A stretch of 64,000 bases of DNA from Planctomycetota bacterium (GCA_016713175.1 JADJPQ010000009.1:249652-313651), one strand, 5' to 3'; positions 9,947 to 19,827 are shown, counted from the first letter of the stretch. Notes: generated by a model from the sequence alone, not told the origin. Numbers and translations: made by a program.

Positions 9947-9961
9947 GGTTCGTTCCTCGCT

Positions 9962-11098
9962 CTAACCGGGGTTGGCGGCCAGCGCCTGTGCCGTCGCTTC
10001 GTGACACACCTGGCCATCGTGGGTCACCGTAACCGCCGCGAGGATCTCCGCTTTGATGTCCACGTTCGGCTGACCGTTCTTGACGAACTCACCGAGGAAC
10101 GCGAGCACGTTGCGCGCGAACATCCGCGAGCTGTCATTGGCGCACTGCGCCGGCAGGTTGGTGTCGCCGAGGATCGTCACCCCGTCGACCACCACGCGCT
10201 GCCCCGACACCGAACCCTCGACGTTGCCACCCTGTCCGGCGGCCATGTCGACGATGACCGACCCTGGCTTCATGCCCTTGCGCATGTCGGCGGTCACCAG
10301 CACCGGCGCCTTGCGACCCGGCACCAGCGCGGTCGTGATCAGCACGTCAGCCTGGGTGATGTGCGACGTCAGGATCTCGCGCTGCTTGCGCAGGAACTCC
10401 GCCGTCGTCTCCTTGGCGTAGCCGCCCTTGGTCTCCGCATCTGGCGGTGCGCCGGTGTCGACGAACTTGCCGCCCAGCGATTCGACCTGTTCCTTGCAGG
10501 CGGGCCGGATGTCATTGGCTTCGACCACCGCGCCCAGCCGCCGCGCCGTCGAGATCGCCTGCAGGCCCGCCACCCCGGCCCCGAGTACCAGCACGCGCGC
10601 CGGCGTGATCGTGCCGGCCGCCGTCATCAGCAGCGGGAACATCTTCGGCAACGTCGCCGCCGCCAGCAGCACGGCCTGGTAGCCGGCCACAGTGGCCTGC
10701 GAACTCAGGATGTCCATCTTCTGCGCCCGGGTGATGCGCGGCATCAGTTCGAGCGCCATGGCGGAGACCTTGGCGTCGCGCAGCGCCTTGACCTGCGACA
10801 GCCGCGAGGTCGGCGTCAGCGAACTGATCAGGATCGAGCCGGACTTCTGCGCGCGGCATTGCTCGACGTTCGGGGTCTGGATGCCGAGCACCAGGTCGGC
10901 CTGGCCGCGCGCACTCGCGTCGACCAGTTCGGCACCTGCGCTGGCAAAATCCGCGTCGGCGAAGCCGGCGGCGAGTCCGGCGCCGCGTTCGACCTGCACC
11001 TTCAGACCGGCCTTGAGCATGCCTTTGACGGTCTCCGGGATCGCGGCTACCCGCGTCTCGCCCGGCTCCGTCTCCTTGGGCACGAAGATGACTGCCAT
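9962..11098 (-). CDS. pntA: NAD(P) transhydrogenase alpha subunit, part 1 (NAD-binding)
   Basis: Start set at ATG 11098 (MAVIFVPKE); GETRVA, PRITRAQKMDILSSQ, GAGVAGLQA, DMAAGQGGN. Confidence 0.95.
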   Translation of the reverse strand: MAVIFVPKETEPGETRVAAIPETVKGMLKAGLKVQVERGAGLAAGFADADFASAGAELVDASARGQADLVLGIQTPNVEQCRAQKSGSILISSLTPTSRLSQVKALRDAKVSAMALELMPRITRAQKMDILSSQATVAGYQAVLLAAATLPKMFPLLMTAAGTITPARVLVLGAGVAGLQAISTARRLGAVVEANDIRPACKEQVESLGGKFVDTGAPPDAETKGGYAKETTAEFLRKQREILTSHITQADVLITTALVPGRKAPVLVTADMRKGMKPGSVIVDMAAGQGGNVEGSVSGQRVVVDGVTILGDTNLPAQCANDSSRMFARNVLAFLGEFVKNGQPNVDIKAEILAAVTVTHDGQVCHEATAQALAANPG

Positions 11099-11246
11099 GG
11101 TGGGGATCTGTTCTCGTCGTGGGGGGCGGACAACGAAACCAGGAAGGGCCGCCCAGCGCCACAGCGAACTGCTCCGGTACGCGACCGCGACGACGCGCGA
11201 CCGCACTCGGATTCCGCGCCGCCGTCGCTAGGCTTGACAGCGCCCG

Positions 11247-12119
11247 ATGATGAGCTTCACCCAAGACCTCGCCGAACGGATCCTGCGCGGCGCCGCGCCG
11301 GCGGTGGTCGGACTCGATCCCCGCGTCGATGCGCTGCCGGCGAACCTGCGCCCGGATGCGCCGCCACCTGAGCGGATCCTCGCGTTCTACCAGGCTGCCC
11401 TGCCTGGACTGGCGCCGCACGTCGTCTGCGTCAAACCGAACATCGCGTTCTTCGAGTGCTTTGGCGCCGCTGGTTATCGCGTCTACGAACAAACCTGCGC
11501 GCTGGCGCGTTCGCTCGGCATGCTGGTGCTCGGTGACATCAAGCGCGGCGACATCGGCAGCACTGCCCAGGCCTACGCCGAGGGACATTTCCAGGTCGCC
11601 GACGCGGTGACGCTGCATCCGTATCTGGGACGCGACTCGGTGGACCCGTTCCTGCACCACTGCCGGGAAGAACGCGGCGGCAAGGCGGTGTTCGTGCTGG
11701 TCCGCACCAGCAACCCTGGCGCCAAGGACTTCCAGGATCTGCCGATCGCCGGCCAGCCGCTGGCCGAACATGTCGCCAATGCGGTCACCGCCTGGGGCGC
11801 TGATTTCCCGCGCCACCACGGCTACTCGCCGGTCGGCGCCGTCGTCGGTGCCACCTGGCCGAAAGAACTGGCCCGACTGCGCGAACTGCTGCCGCACGCC
11901 TGGCTGCTGCTGCCCGGCGTCGGTGCCCAGGGCGCCAAGGTGCAGGACCTGGCCGCCGCGTTCGACACCCGAGGTCTTGGCGCCCTGGTCAACCAGAGCC
12001 GCGGCGTCATGCAGGCATTCTCCCCGACTGATCCGCAGTGGCTGTCGCGGCTGCAGCAGGCCGCGATCGCCTTCGCCGACGAGTGTCGCACCGTCGCCCA
12101 GAGCCGCCGCCATGTCTGA
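11247..12119 (+). CDS. pyrF: Orotidine-5'-phosphate decarboxylase (subfamily 2)
   Basis: VGLDP, KPNIAFFE, DIKRGDIGST, PYLGRDS, RTSNPG, GAVVGAT, LLPGVGAQG, NQSRG. Confidence 0.95.
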   Translation: MMSFTQDLAERILRGAAPAVVGLDPRVDALPANLRPDAPPPERILAFYQAALPGLAPHVVCVKPNIAFFECFGAAGYRVYEQTCALARSLGMLVLGDIKRGDIGSTAQAYAEGHFQVADAVTLHPYLGRDSVDPFLHHCREERGGKAVFVLVRTSNPGAKDFQDLPIAGQPLAEHVANAVTAWGADFPRHHGYSPVGAVVGATWPKELARLRELLPHAWLLLPGVGAQGAKVQDLAAAFDTRGLGALVNQSRGVMQAFSPTDPQWLSRLQQAAIAFADECRTVAQSRRHV

Positions 12120-13683
12120 ACCCGTCCGCACCCGCCCGACGCTGCGCCACATCTCGTTCCGTCGCCTCGGTACTTCCGATGTGCATCAGCGCTATCTCGA
12201 AGACGATCGCGACATCGCCAGCCTGCTCGGCAAGCGGCCGCGCACCGTACAAGAACTGCTGAAGCGCGCGCCCACCGGGGCCGGCCGGCTGGTCGGTCGC
12301 GAACAGATCGCGCAGGCGATGCTGACTTATGCGCAGCGCTTCCAGGCCCCCGAAGCCGTGCTGGCCGCCGCCCGCTCGCTGGCGGAACCCGACGTCCAAG
12401 TCGTGATCACCGGGCAGCAGCCCGGCATCTGCGGCGGCCCGCTGTTCAACCTGCACAAGGTGGCCACCGCCATCCGGCTGTGCCGCGAGATCAACGCGCA
12501 ACCCGGCGGACCGCGGGCGGTGCCGGTGTTCTGGAACCACAGCGACGACCACGACCTCGAGGAAGCCAACCGGCTGTTCATGGTGTCGGCCGCGCAGGAA
12601 CTGCAGAAGTTCCGGCTCGACATCGATCGCGGCGGCGAACCGCTGCGCGCGATCCGCGCCGGCCGCGAGATGGAGAAACTGCTGACCGAGATCGACGGCC
12701 TGGTGCCGCAGAGCGAGTTCCGGGACTGGGCGCTCGGTCTGTTCAAGCCGCGACACCCCAACGAACCGCTCGGCGATGCGATGGCGCGCATGATGTTCGA
12801 GTTGTTCGGCAAGCATGGGCTCCTGGTGATCGAACCGCGCGACCTGCCGGCCGAGGCGTTTCCGCCGCTGCAGCGGTGGTGGGGCCAATCCAACCAGATC
12901 CGCGACAAGATCCGCCAGACCAGCGACGAACTGAGCGACCTGGGCCTCGACATCACGATGGACCCGGCGGCGACGATGATGTTCCAGATGGTAGGCAACC
13001 GGCGCGAGGCGCTCGCCGACGGCGAGGTCGCCGGCAACCCCGCCGACCTCAGCCCGGCGGCGCTGTTGCGACCGTTGTGGCAGGATGCGTGCCTGCCAAC
13101 CATCGCGTTCGTGGTCGGTCCCGGCGAACTGGCCTACCTTGCGGTCGTCGCGCCGCTCTATCGGACGCTCGGCGTGCCGCAGCCACTGCTGGTGCCGCGC
13201 GCCTCGTTGACGCTGGTCGAACCGTCGCTGCAGCGCTTGCTGGCGCGCTTTGGCTGGGATCTGCCCGACCTCGAACCCGGTCCCGACAAGCTCGCCGCTT
13301 CCGTGCAGGGCGATGAAGGCTCGGGCATCGAGGATGAGATCGACGACCTGGCCACCAGGTTGCGCGCCGACCTCGACGCGATCAGTTCGCGGCTCGAGAA
13401 GCTCGATGCGTCGATGCTGTCCGCCCTCGACCGCGCCCGCACCAAGGCCCTCGAGGAGATCACCCGGCTCGCGGCCAAGATCCGCACCGCGCGCGAGAAC
13501 CGCGAAGGCACCGGCCTGCGGCAGATCCGCCGCCTGTGCGCCAACCTGCGCCCGCGCGGTCGCCTGCAAGAACGCGTGCTGTCGCCGCTGCTGGCCTTGG
13601 TCGCGCACGGCAAGGAACTCGGCGACATCCTGGTCGACGCCGCCGATCCGTTCTGCATCGAGCACGGTGTGCTGGAGCTCTGA
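12112..13683 (+). CDS. bshC: Bacillithiol biosynthesis cysteine-adding enzyme BshC
   Basis: VITGQQPG..GGPLFNLHKV, PVFW...DDHDLEE, SPAALLRPLWQD..LPT..FVVGPGELAY, LQERV; ATG 12112 overlaps pyrF end. Confidence 0.88.
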   Translation: MSEPVRTRPTLRHISFRRLGTSDVHQRYLEDDRDIASLLGKRPRTVQELLKRAPTGAGRLVGREQIAQAMLTYAQRFQAPEAVLAAARSLAEPDVQVVITGQQPGICGGPLFNLHKVATAIRLCREINAQPGGPRAVPVFWNHSDDHDLEEANRLFMVSAAQELQKFRLDIDRGGEPLRAIRAGREMEKLLTEIDGLVPQSEFRDWALGLFKPRHPNEPLGDAMARMMFELFGKHGLLVIEPRDLPAEAFPPLQRWWGQSNQIRDKIRQTSDELSDLGLDITMDPAATMMFQMVGNRREALADGEVAGNPADLSPAALLRPLWQDACLPTIAFVVGPGELAYLAVVAPLYRTLGVPQPLLVPRASLTLVEPSLQRLLARFGWDLPDLEPGPDKLAASVQGDEGSGIEDEIDDLATRLRADLDAISSRLEKLDASMLSALDRARTKALEEITRLAAKIRTARENREGTGLRQIRRLCANLRPRGRLQERVLSPLLALVAHGKELGDILVDAADPFCIEHGVLEL

Positions 13684-13685
13684 TC

Positions 13686-14387
13686 ATGCTGCCGTGCGAC
13701 GTCCTGCTGATCGGTCCGCACCCCGACGATGTCGAACTCGCGGCTGCCGGCACGATCCTACGGCTCATCGCCGCCGGCCACACCGTGTCGATCGTCGACC
13801 TGACCCGGGGCGAGAAGGGCTCGCGCGGCACCGTGCAGGATCGCGATGCGGAAGCCGGCGACGCCGCCAAGGCACTCGGCCTGCGCGAACGGCACAACCT
13901 CGGGCTGCCCGACACCGGCGTCAGCGCCGACGATGCCGCGACTGGTCTGCTGGTCGCCGCCATCCGTTCGGCAAGGCCCAACCTGTTGTTCTCGCCGCAT
14001 GCCCGCGACGTCCACCCCGACCACGTCGCCGCCGCCGCGCTGGCCGAACGTGCGTTCTTCCTCGCTGGCCTGGTGCACTGGGAACCGGCGGCCGGGCCGC
14101 CGCATCGACCGCGCCTGCACATCCGCTACCCCGGCAACACCCCGGTCGAACCGAGCTTCGTCGTCGACATCGCCGACCTGCAGGAACGCAAAGCCGACGT
14201 CATCCGCTGCTACCGCTCGCAACTGCGGCCGGCCGATCGTTCGCACCTGACCCAGGGCCTCGACATCCTCGAACGGACCCAGGTCCGCGACCGTTTCCAC
14301 GGCACCCGGATCGGCTGCGCCGCGGCGGAAGCGTTCTGCCTGGATGGACCTTTGCCCCTGCGCGATCTGCGGCCTCTAATGGGCTGA
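13686..14387 (+). CDS. bshB1: Bacillithiol N-acetylglucosaminyl-malate deacetylase (PIG-L family)
   Basis: GPHPDDVE, DLTRGEKGSRGT..R..E, HPDH motifs; immediately after bshC. Confidence 0.88.
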   Translation: MLPCDVLLIGPHPDDVELAAAGTILRLIAAGHTVSIVDLTRGEKGSRGTVQDRDAEAGDAAKALGLRERHNLGLPDTGVSADDAATGLLVAAIRSARPNLLFSPHARDVHPDHVAAAALAERAFFLAGLVHWEPAAGPPHRPRLHIRYPGNTPVEPSFVVDIADLQERKADVIRCYRSQLRPADRSHLTQGLDILERTQVRDRFHGTRIGCAAAEAFCLDGPLPLRDLRPLMG

Positions 14388-15256
14388 TGCAGCGCATCGC
14401 GGTGATCAACCAGAAGGGTGGCGTCGGCAAGACCACCACGACCGTCAATCTCGGCGCCGCCCTGGCGCAACGCGGTTATCGGGTGCTGCTGCTCGATCTC
14501 GACCCGCAGGCCAACCTGACGGTGCATGTCGACAAGCGCCCGGATCTCGAGAGCAACACGCTGACCAACCTGCTGATCGAAGACGCGCCGCTGGCCGAAC
14601 TGGTGCAGCCGACGTCGAGCGCCAACCTGTTCGTGGTGCCGAGCGACACCTCGCTGGCCGGCGTCGAACAGGTGCTCGCCAACCGGATCGGGCGCGAGAC
14701 GATCCTGCGCGAGGCGCTCGACGCGTTCCCCGCCGCCAAGGACTTCGACATCCTGCTGATGGACTGCCCGCCGTCGCTCGGTGTGCTGTCCGCCAACGCG
14801 CTGGTCGCCGCGCACCACGTGTTGATCCCGATGCAGGCCGAATACCTGTCGCTGCAGGGCATGGCCAAGCTGATGGAGGTCGTGCAACTGGTGCAGAAGC
14901 GGCTGAACCAGCAGTTGAAGATCGCCGCCGTGCTGCCGTGCATGGTCGACGCGCGGACCAACCTGTCGGTCGAAGTGCTGCGCGAAATCGACACCCACTT
15001 CGGTTCGCTGCTCTGCAAGAGCCGGATCCGCAACAACGTCAAGCTGGCCGAGGCCCCGAGCTTCGGGCGGACCATCTTCGAGCATGCGCCGGATTCCAAT
15101 GGCGCGCGCGACTATGAGCAGTTCGCCGACGAGTTCCTCGCGATGATCGGTTCGCCGATGCCGGCAACACGGTCCACGAACGCCGGCGGTAGCCCGACAC
15201 CGACGGTTGCTCCGCAAGCGCCGGATGACGACGCCGCGGCCGAAGGATCGGCCTAG
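14387..15256 (+). CDS. ParA/Soj-family ATPase
   Basis: NQKGGVGKTTT deviant Walker A, DLDPQANLT, DCPPSLG, IRNNVKLAEAPSFG; ATG overlaps bshB1 stop. Confidence 0.93.
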   Translation: MQRIAVINQKGGVGKTTTTVNLGAALAQRGYRVLLLDLDPQANLTVHVDKRPDLESNTLTNLLIEDAPLAELVQPTSSANLFVVPSDTSLAGVEQVLANRIGRETILREALDAFPAAKDFDILLMDCPPSLGVLSANALVAAHHVLIPMQAEYLSLQGMAKLMEVVQLVQKRLNQQLKIAAVLPCMVDARTNLSVEVLREIDTHFGSLLCKSRIRNNVKLAEAPSFGRTIFEHAPDSNGARDYEQFADEFLAMIGSPMPATRSTNAGGSPTPTVAPQAPDDDAAAEGSA

Positions 15257-15260
15257 CGCC

Positions 15261-16508
15261 GTGACCACGCGCCTGTTGCTGCTCTGGCAATCGGTGGTGT
15301 TGGCGCTGGCGTTCGTGGTCCTGTGGTCGATCTGGGGCTCGCTCACCGCCTTCGGCGAACGCTTCGACGCGACGCATCCGATCCTGTTCTGCGATTTCGA
15401 CCGCCACTTCCATCCGGTCGCCGTCGCGATGCTCAGCCATCTCGACCCGAGCGCCGCAGCCAACCTGCCCCCGGGCAATCCGTTCCTCGGCTACTTCTAC
15501 CCACCGACCACGGGCCTGTTGTTGATGCCGCTGGGCTATCTGCCGGTGGCGAGCGCCAAGGTCGTCTACGGCGCACTGCAGTTCGCCGCTGCGCTCGTGC
15601 TGTGCCTCCTGCCTGCTCACCTGATCCGCGAACGACCAGCCTGGATCGGCCTTGGCACCACGGCCCTCACGGCGCTGTCGGTACCGGTCCTGCAGTGCTG
15701 CAAGTGGGGCCAGGTGTCCACCCCATCGCTCGCCCTCGTGCTGTTGGCGTTCGCGCTCGACGCGCGCGGTCGGCAGTGGTTGGCCGCCGGGCTGCTCGGA
15801 CTCGCCATCGCCATCAAGCTGTGGCCTGGCATCTTTGTCCTGCCGTTCGTGGTGCAGGGCCGCTGGCGCTTCCTCATCGGCACCGCCGTCAGCACCGTCT
15901 CATTCCTGCTGCTCTTGCCGATCGCCCTGTTCGGTTTCGACGTCACGATGGCGTTCTATCGCGAAGCGACGGGGCAGATGCGGTTGGCGGCCGAGGTCTG
16001 GTACGCCGACGACGGCTCCCAGTACTTTGCCAACGCCGTGGCGCGGTGGCTGAGCCATCTGGGCATACCGTTCGCGACCACGCGGCCACTGTTGGTGCCG
16101 GTCGCCTTCGGTCTGGTGGGCGGCGCCGTCGTGTTGTTGGCCATGGCGCTGCGCCGCGGCGTCGCCGACCGGGCGTGGTCGCTGGCGGTCCTGGCGTGCT
16201 GTCCGGCGCTGCTGGTGGTGACGTCCTGGCTCAACTACTTCGTCCACTTGCCGTTGGTCGAAGGCTTCCTGGTGTTGGCGATCCTGCAATCCGGTCATCG
16301 ACGGACCAGCCGGGCCATCCTGCTGGTGACGACAGCAGTGCCAGCGATGCTCTGCACCGACATCCTGTTCCTGCAATGGGTCGCCGGCGGCGATGCCCGG
16401 CGATTCGCAGCCCAGGGTTGGCTGGCCGCCGCCAACCTGCTCGTGTTGGTCGGACTCTGCGTGCTCCTCGCGGGCCGGTTGAGTTGCCCGCGCCGCGCCG
16501 CGAACTGA
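15261..16508 (+). CDS. Glycosyltransferase family 87 (DUF2029)-like polytopic membrane protein
   Basis: DF..H near N-terminus, YFYPP, WGQVS, AIAIKLWPG; about 10 TM helices; GT-C style. Confidence 0.7.
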   Translation: MTTRLLLLWQSVVLALAFVVLWSIWGSLTAFGERFDATHPILFCDFDRHFHPVAVAMLSHLDPSAAANLPPGNPFLGYFYPPTTGLLLMPLGYLPVASAKVVYGALQFAAALVLCLLPAHLIRERPAWIGLGTTALTALSVPVLQCCKWGQVSTPSLALVLLAFALDARGRQWLAAGLLGLAIAIKLWPGIFVLPFVVQGRWRFLIGTAVSTVSFLLLLPIALFGFDVTMAFYREATGQMRLAAEVWYADDGSQYFANAVARWLSHLGIPFATTRPLLVPVAFGLVGGAVVLLAMALRRGVADRAWSLAVLACCPALLVVTSWLNYFVHLPLVEGFLVLAILQSGHRRTSRAILLVTTAVPAMLCTDILFLQWVAGGDARRFAAQGWLAAANLLVLVGLCVLLAGRLSCPRRAAN

Positions 16509-16556
16509 CGGACACCGCCTCAGTCCCGGACACCGTCCGTCCGATATCGGTACGTC

Positions 16557-17165
16557 ATGGCCGAGCGCGACCCCGATCTCGAGGAACTCACGACCCTGCT
16601 GGGACAGTGCCTGGGCCGCATCGACGAACAGGCCTATCGGCTGCAGCGGTCCGGCGACGACGGTGAGGAAGCTGACGACGCCGGCGACGTGCTCGAACAG
16701 GAAGCCGCGCGCCTGCAGGAACTCGTCAGTTCGATGCTGGCGGCGACCGACCCGCGCGAGATCGACCAGGCCGACCTCGATCGCACCGTCGAGCGTGCCG
16801 TGCAGGGCTGTCTGCGTGAACTCGGGTTCCCGTTGGTCGTCCGCCTGCAGCTCGCCGGCAGTCTGCCGCCGGTCGCCTGCAAGCCAGGTCAGCTGGCCTA
16901 TGCGGTGCAACGGGCACTGCTGCTCGGCACTTCGCACGCCGGATCCGGCGGCGAGATCGCGATCGCGACCCGCGCCGGTGGTGAAGACGTGGTGTTCGAG
17001 CTGGCGGCAATCGGCAACGGCGGCGACCGTCATCTCGCCGAACGGGTGACAACCTTGCAGGAGTTCGTGCAGGATCTGTCGGGGCGCTGCCGCACCCATG
17101 CCAGCGGGCACCAGTTGTCGATCGTGTTCGAGCTGCCATGTTGCATGCTGCCGAACGATCGCTGA
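16557..17165 (+). CDS. Hypothetical protein with a degenerate histidine-kinase/HATPase-like fold
   Basis: Coiled-coil N-terminus, DLDRTV, QLAYAV, GGEIAI, final beta strand IVFELP; no H-box, N-box or G-boxes. Confidence 0.5.
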   Translation: MAERDPDLEELTTLLGQCLGRIDEQAYRLQRSGDDGEEADDAGDVLEQEAARLQELVSSMLAATDPREIDQADLDRTVERAVQGCLRELGFPLVVRLQLAGSLPPVACKPGQLAYAVQRALLLGTSHAGSGGEIAIATRAGGEDVVFELAAIGNGGDRHLAERVTTLQEFVQDLSGRCRTHASGHQLSIVFELPCCMLPNDR

Positions 17166-17260
17166 CGACGGCGAACGTCAGAATCCGGGATGTGGGGGCG
17201 GACGGCGCGACCCACCGTCCATCAGGCAACACACCGGAGTGGCGTGACGGGTCCGTGCGC

Positions 17261-17266
17261 TAGGAT
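17261..17266 (+). promoter_or_regulatory. -10 hexamer TAGGAT of probable leaderless bshA transcript
   Basis: 6 nt before ATG 17273; no Shine-Dalgarno. Confidence 0.6.
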
Positions 17267-17272
17267 CGCGCC

Positions 17273-18418
17273 ATGCGCATCGGCATCGTCTGCTATCCGA
17301 CCGTCGGCGGCAGCGGCGTAGTCGCCACCGAGATGGCCCAGGAGCTGGCTCAGCGTGGTCACGAGATCCATCTGCTGAGCTACGACCGCCCCGGCCGTCT
17401 GCGCCGCGGCATCTCCGGCCTTCGCTTTCACCAGGTCCAGGTCTCCGCCTACCCGCTGTTCCGCTACCCGCCGTACGACCTGGCGCTGGCGACGCGGATG
17501 CTCGAGGTCCGGGAAGAGGCCAAGGTCGAACTGTTCCACGTCCACTACGCGATCCCACACGCGGTGTCGGCGTTCCTGGCCCGCAGCATGTGTGCCCCGG
17601 AAGCCTGCCTGCGCTTCGTCACCACGCTGCACGGCACCGACATCACCGTGGTCGGCGCCGACCGCGCCTACATGCGACCGACGCGCTTTGCGATCGAACA
17701 GTCCGACGCGGTGACGACCGTCAGCCAGTTCCTCGCCGACGAGACACGGTTGGTGTTCGGCGTCCGTTCGCCATTGCACGTGATCCCGAACTTCGTCGAC
17801 ACCGAACGCTACAAGCCGGGAACGAACGGTCGCTGGTACCAACGTGCGGACGAGGAGCGCATCCTCGTCCATGCTTCCAACTTCCGGCCGGTCAAGCGGG
17901 TTGCCGACGTGGTCCGCGCATTCGCCGCGATCCAACGCCAGGTCAAGGCCCGGCTGCTGCTGGTCGGCGACGGTCCCGATCGCGAACACGCGCTGGCGGT
18001 GGCGAGTGATCTCGGTGTGCAGCACCGGGTCGAGCATCTGGGGGTCCGCGACGGCATCGAAGACGTGTTGGCGGATGCGGACTTGTTCTTGTCGGCGTCG
18101 GAAACAGAGAGCTTCGGTCTGTCGATGCTCGAGGCGATGAGCTGTGGCGTGCCCTGCGTCAGCACGCGCGTCGGCGGCGTCGCCGAAGTGCTCGGCGACA
18201 CCGGCATGCTGACGGCGTTCGGCAATCCGGATGCGATGGCGCAGGCGGCGCTGCCGGCCCTGACGGATGCCGAACGGCACCGGCGGCTCAGCGATGCGGC
18301 GCGGCGGCGTGCGGTGGAGTTGTTCGGGGTCGATCAGGTGCTCCAGACCTATGTCGATCTCTACCAGCAGGTGATCGCGCAACCAGCACGCCCAGCCGTT
18401 GGTGGTGCCACGAGATGA
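17273..18418 (+). CDS. bshA: N-acetyl-alpha-D-glucosaminyl L-malate synthase (GT4)
   Basis: MRIGIVCYPTVGGSGVVATE, HVHYAIPHA, TTLHGTDITVVG, HASNFRPVKR, ESFGLSMLEAM. Confidence 0.95.
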   Translation: MRIGIVCYPTVGGSGVVATEMAQELAQRGHEIHLLSYDRPGRLRRGISGLRFHQVQVSAYPLFRYPPYDLALATRMLEVREEAKVELFHVHYAIPHAVSAFLARSMCAPEACLRFVTTLHGTDITVVGADRAYMRPTRFAIEQSDAVTTVSQFLADETRLVFGVRSPLHVIPNFVDTERYKPGTNGRWYQRADEERILVHASNFRPVKRVADVVRAFAAIQRQVKARLLLVGDGPDREHALAVASDLGVQHRVEHLGVRDGIEDVLADADLFLSASETESFGLSMLEAMSCGVPCVSTRVGGVAEVLGDTGMLTAFGNPDAMAQAALPALTDAERHRRLSDAARRRAVELFGVDQVLQTYVDLYQQVIAQPARPAVGGATR

Positions 18419-19542
18419 GCGGAGCGGAAACGTTCGATCTCGACCACAACGCCACGACGCCGGTGCTGCCGGAGGTGCTGGATCGTTTCGTCGCGGTCGA
18501 GCGCGAATGCCCTGGCAACCCGGCAAGCCTGCACGCTGCCGGTCGGCGCGCCCGAGCCGTGATCGAGGCCGCGCGGCAGCAGGTGGCGAACGCGTTGCTG
18601 GTGCCGACCGACGATGTGTTCTTTGTCGGCAGCGCCACCGAAGCGGACAACCTGGCAGTGCGCGGTGCCGGCGATCCTGACCGGCCGGTTCTGCTGGCCG
18701 AAACCGAACATGCGGCGGTGCGCGAAGCGGCGATGGCACGTGGCGTGCGCTGGTGGCGCGTCGATGCCCAGGGTCGAGCCGAGATCCTCGCCCCGCCGGA
18801 GCCGGTCGGGATGCTGACCCTGGTGCACGCGCAGAGCGAGGTCGGCACCGTACAGCCGGTGGCGGCCGCGGCGGAACTCGCGGCGGTACTGCACGTGCCG
18901 TTGCATGTCGATGCCGCGCAGTCGCTCGGTCGGCTGCCGCTGCATGAGATCGTCCGTCTGGCCGACAGCGTCGCCCTGTCTCCGCACAAAGCCGGTGGTC
19001 TGCGGGGTGTGGGCATCCTGATCGCGCGGCGGGCAGGGCAACGGCTGCGGCCGCTGTGGTTCGGTGGTGGTCAGGAACGCGGGCTGCGACCCGGTACTCA
19101 GAGCGCAGCCGCGATCGCCGCGGCCGCACTCGCGATCGAACTCGCCGTTGCCGGCACGGTGCAGCGCGCTGTCAGCATGGCAGCAGCACGCGACGCCTTC
19201 CTGACGACCTTGCAGGTGCATGTTCCTTCGCTGCGAGCACTGACACCACGTGCGGAGTCGCTGCCGAACACGTTGTTGTTGGCGTTCCCGGACGTGGACG
19301 GGCGAAACCTGCTGCCGGCGCTGGATCTGCAGCGTGTCGCGGCGTCGTCGGGATCTGCGTGTTCCTCGGGTTCGTCGCAGCCGGCGCGGATCCTGTTCGC
19401 GATGGGACTCGACGACGCGATCGCTCGCACGTGCATCCGCTTCTCGTTCTCGCACACACACTCGCCGGAGTTCGCCGCGCGCGCCGCGCGCGTGGTCGGT
19501 GAAGTCGTGAGTCGCTTGCGAAAAAATTTTGCTCGACCGTGA
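18415..19542 (+). CDS. Cysteine desulfurase family protein (IscS/NifS-like)
   Basis: DHNATTP, GNPASLH, HVDAAQ, SPHK (PLP Lys), RPGT, SSGSACSSG (catalytic Cys). Confidence 0.88.
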   Translation: MSGAETFDLDHNATTPVLPEVLDRFVAVERECPGNPASLHAAGRRARAVIEAARQQVANALLVPTDDVFFVGSATEADNLAVRGAGDPDRPVLLAETEHAAVREAAMARGVRWWRVDAQGRAEILAPPEPVGMLTLVHAQSEVGTVQPVAAAAELAAVLHVPLHVDAAQSLGRLPLHEIVRLADSVALSPHKAGGLRGVGILIARRAGQRLRPLWFGGGQERGLRPGTQSAAAIAAAALAIELAVAGTVQRAVSMAAARDAFLTTLQVHVPSLRALTPRAESLPNTLLLAFPDVDGRNLLPALDLQRVAASSGSACSSGSSQPARILFAMGLDDAIARTCIRFSFSHTHSPEFAARAARVVGEVVSRLRKNFARP

Positions 19543-19827
19543 GCATCGTGGCGTGTTCGAGACATCGCTCCAAGTCGTTGTGTCGCGGACGCGAGCGACG
19601 ACGCTTCGGTGCGACTTCGCGATCGTCGGTGGAGGAGCTGCGCAAACTTGTTCGCGGTCTCTTGGCAAGTCGCTCCGCCATCGTTAAGAGACGAGACCTC
19701 ACGAGGAGCTCCGAGTCGGCCGCCTAACCGATTCGAAGACGTGTCGTCAGCCCAGCCCCTTCGACCGCGACCGACGCTCTGCGCCCGAGGTCTGTACCGG
19801 TCGAGAACCCTTACCGGTCCTCTGTCC

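Noticed and set aside
13250-14386. Apparent 668-aa ParA fusion
   Set aside because: The upstream part overlaps bshC/bshB1 in another frame and is low-complexity; ParA starts at ATG 14387.
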